DNA of 62,517 nucleotides, the filler included, from a bacterium (GTDB lineage: Bacteria > UBP15 > UBA6099 > JAJRTR01), in NCBI GenBank assembly GCA_024278215.1. It is 4 parts of 4 records of this genome, joined end to end, with 100 filler letters (N's around TTAATTAATTAA, not from the genome) between each part and the next. Parts side by side here need not be neighbours in the genome. Positions count along the whole stretch, not along the records: positions 56,280 to 62,517 come from JAJRTR010000095.1; 3 more parts are not named here. The stretch is one strand, 5' to 3'. Position numbers and translations under genes: made by a program. Positions 60,889 to 62,517 of the stretch are shown piece after piece. Each line of letters opens with the position of its first letter. Positions within the stretch are counted from its first letter, which is position 1. The notes under the pieces are model-generated. The model had not been told where the DNA came from and did not search any database. It saw nothing but the letters and a program-made list of their open reading frames with translations.

Positions 60889-62232
60889 TCATTCATCCGA
60901 AAAAATCTTTCCGATCTTTTTTATATTCCCGGGGTGAGTGAAGATAATCGCCACATCGCCGGCATGTATTTTGTCGCTTCCTCGCGGTATCAGCACTTCG
61001 TTGTCTCTTATAATAGTAGCGATCAGTGATGCCTGCGGAAAGCCGATCCTGTGTATTGGTTTTCCGACAGCCTGCGAGTTTGCCGACACATCCATCTCGA
61101 ACATTTCAGCTTTGCCTTCTTCAAGCACGGTCACGGAATTTATGCCCTCGAACATTATATGTTTCAGGATGCTGTTGGCGGTGAGCATGCGCGCGCTGAT
61201 AATGTGGTCGATATTGAGTTGCTCGGCGACACGGTAATAATCCATGTTGTCAACGAGGACGATTATCTCTTTAGCGCCCATATTGCGCGCCAGCGTGACG
61301 GCGATCACGTTTTTATCCGAATCAAGACCCGCCCCGACAAAGACGTCGCAACGGTCGATACGTTCCTCGCGCAGTATATTGACATTCGTCGATTCGACAT
61401 GAACGACTGTCGAGTGGTCAAGTCTTTCCGAGAACTGCATTGCCCTGTCGGGGTCGGACACAAGCAGCTTGACGTCGAACCTGTCGCCTTCGAGTATGCG
61501 TCCCAGCTTCTCGGCAACAGCGCTGTCGCCGTAAATAAAAATACTTCTTCGCGGTCTCTTCGCCTTACTGTTCGAAAGCAGTGCTTCTGTTTCGTTGAGG
61601 CTCGCGGGTGTACCGACAAGGTAAAGGATGTCGTTTACAAAAAGGGAATCGCCGCCTGAAGGTATGTGGTACCAGCCGTCGCGGTTGATCGCTGCGACGA
61701 TGCTGTTTTTGGGGAATTCGAGCTCACTGAGACGGCGGCCCTGCGCGGGCGAATACTTCTGCACATGCACCGTGCGCATCTGGGCGCGCCCGCGCGCGAA
61801 GGTTTCCACCATGAAAGCGCCCGGAGTTTTTATGAGATTAGCGATCTCCATCGCCGTCAGGTTCTCGGGCGAAAAGATCATTTCGAGATTAAAAATATCG
61901 AGAATTTCTTCGCGGTCATGATAGTAACGGTCGTCGCGAACGCGGGCGAGATTCTTACGGGCGCCAAGCCGCTTTGCGATAGCACAGGCAGTGAGATTGA
62001 CTTCGTCGATATTCGTGGCCGCGATGAACAGGTCGGCCCTGTCAACATGTGCCAGTCGCATGATTTCCCTGTCCGTGGCATCGCCGTGGTAACCGATGAG
62101 ATCGAGAGCTTCGTTGAGTCGCTCGATAGTGTAACGGCTCGAGTCGATAACACCGACTTCGTGCCCTTTTCTCAGGAGCAGGTCGGCTGTATACGAACCC
62201 ACAGTGCCCGCTCCGGCTATCAGTATGTACAT
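60889..62232 (-). CDS. trkA: Trk potassium uptake regulatory protein TrkA
   Basis: IAGAGTVG and two RCK_N/RCK_C repeats; adjacent to trkH. Confidence 0.95.
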   Translation of the reverse strand: MYILIAGAGTVGSYTADLLLRKGHEVGVIDSSRYTIERLNEALDLIGYHGDATDREIMRLAHVDRADLFIAATNIDEVNLTACAIAKRLGARKNLARVRDDRYYHDREEILDIFNLEMIFSPENLTAMEIANLIKTPGAFMVETFARGRAQMRTVHVQKYSPAQGRRLSELEFPKNSIVAAINRDGWYHIPSGGDSLFVNDILYLVGTPASLNETEALLSNSKAKRPRRSIFIYGDSAVAEKLGRILEGDRFDVKLLVSDPDRAMQFSERLDHSTVVHVESTNVNILREERIDRCDVFVGAGLDSDKNVIAVTLARNMGAKEIIVLVDNMDYYRVAEQLNIDHIISARMLTANSILKHIMFEGINSVTVLEEGKAEMFEMDVSANSQAVGKPIHRIGFPQASLIATIIRDNEVLIPRGSDKIHAGDVAIIFTHPGNIKKIGKIFSDE

Positions 62233-62414
62233 TGCCTAAGCCTCCGCCGGCTCTGTCTCCCAGGTCTCGCAAGCGATGGTTTCAACTGCCTGAAATATAG
62301 AGGAGAAAGCCTTGGGAAACCCTATCTTACTATGCGTTTTATGTCAATAAATCAGCGTTTCGACACGGCGTATCGAAAACAAATTACTTAACTGAACCTG
62401 TGCGTTTTTCAATA

Positions 62415-62517
62415 GAACCAATTGAAAAATTCTGATTCGGCTGCGGTCGGCTGCAATTGTCCATAGCTGCGTTGTCGGCACAAAATCATCCTCAACGTAC
62501 TCGGCGAGTACGCCTGC
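62415..62517 (-). mobile_element. MITE family A, partial copy at window end
   Basis: GAACCAATTGAAAAATTCTGATTCGGCTGCGG...GAGTACGCCTGC. Confidence 0.82.

Noticed and set aside
15695..62517. MITE A as a CRISPR array or as the RAYT substrate
   Set aside because: Copies are dispersed with no spacers or cas genes; terminal inverted repeats with 4-bp duplications indicate DDE rather than HUH transposition

Overview
Chromosomal DNA from a diderm, probably anaerobic bacterium (LptD-like protein, TonB receptor, Hmc-like redox module, nuo genes). The window is not contiguous: four contigs are joined by artificial N-padded TTAATTAATTAA linkers at 21306-21405, 49325-49424 and 56180-56279, so synteny across these points means nothing. 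Recognisable genes are hslVU, tRNA-Gln, tRNA-Ser, queH, a GH2 hydrolase, a GAF-GGDEF cyclase, nuoE-F-H-J-K-L-M-N (no A-D, G or I here), an envelope gene cluster, ECF and RpoD-type sigma factors, a cold-shock protein, trkAH and a TonB receptor. The most notable signals are: (1) dense small intergenic repeats, including a ~179-bp fold-back MITE with 17-bp terminal inverted repeats and 4-bp target duplications, a second 143-bp MITE, and REP/REPIN-like hairpins; (2) a RAYT-type HUH protein whose catalytic Tyr position is Lys; (3) an NrfD/HmcC protein fused to a six-CxxCH cytochrome c3 in a compact Hmc-like operon; (4) three ORFs each broken by a single in-frame stop; (5) a truncated SAVED-domain (CBASS-type) remnant. 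No CRISPR array, rRNA or prophage was seen. Family calls come from motif recognition, not database searches, and novelty cannot be confirmed without such searches.
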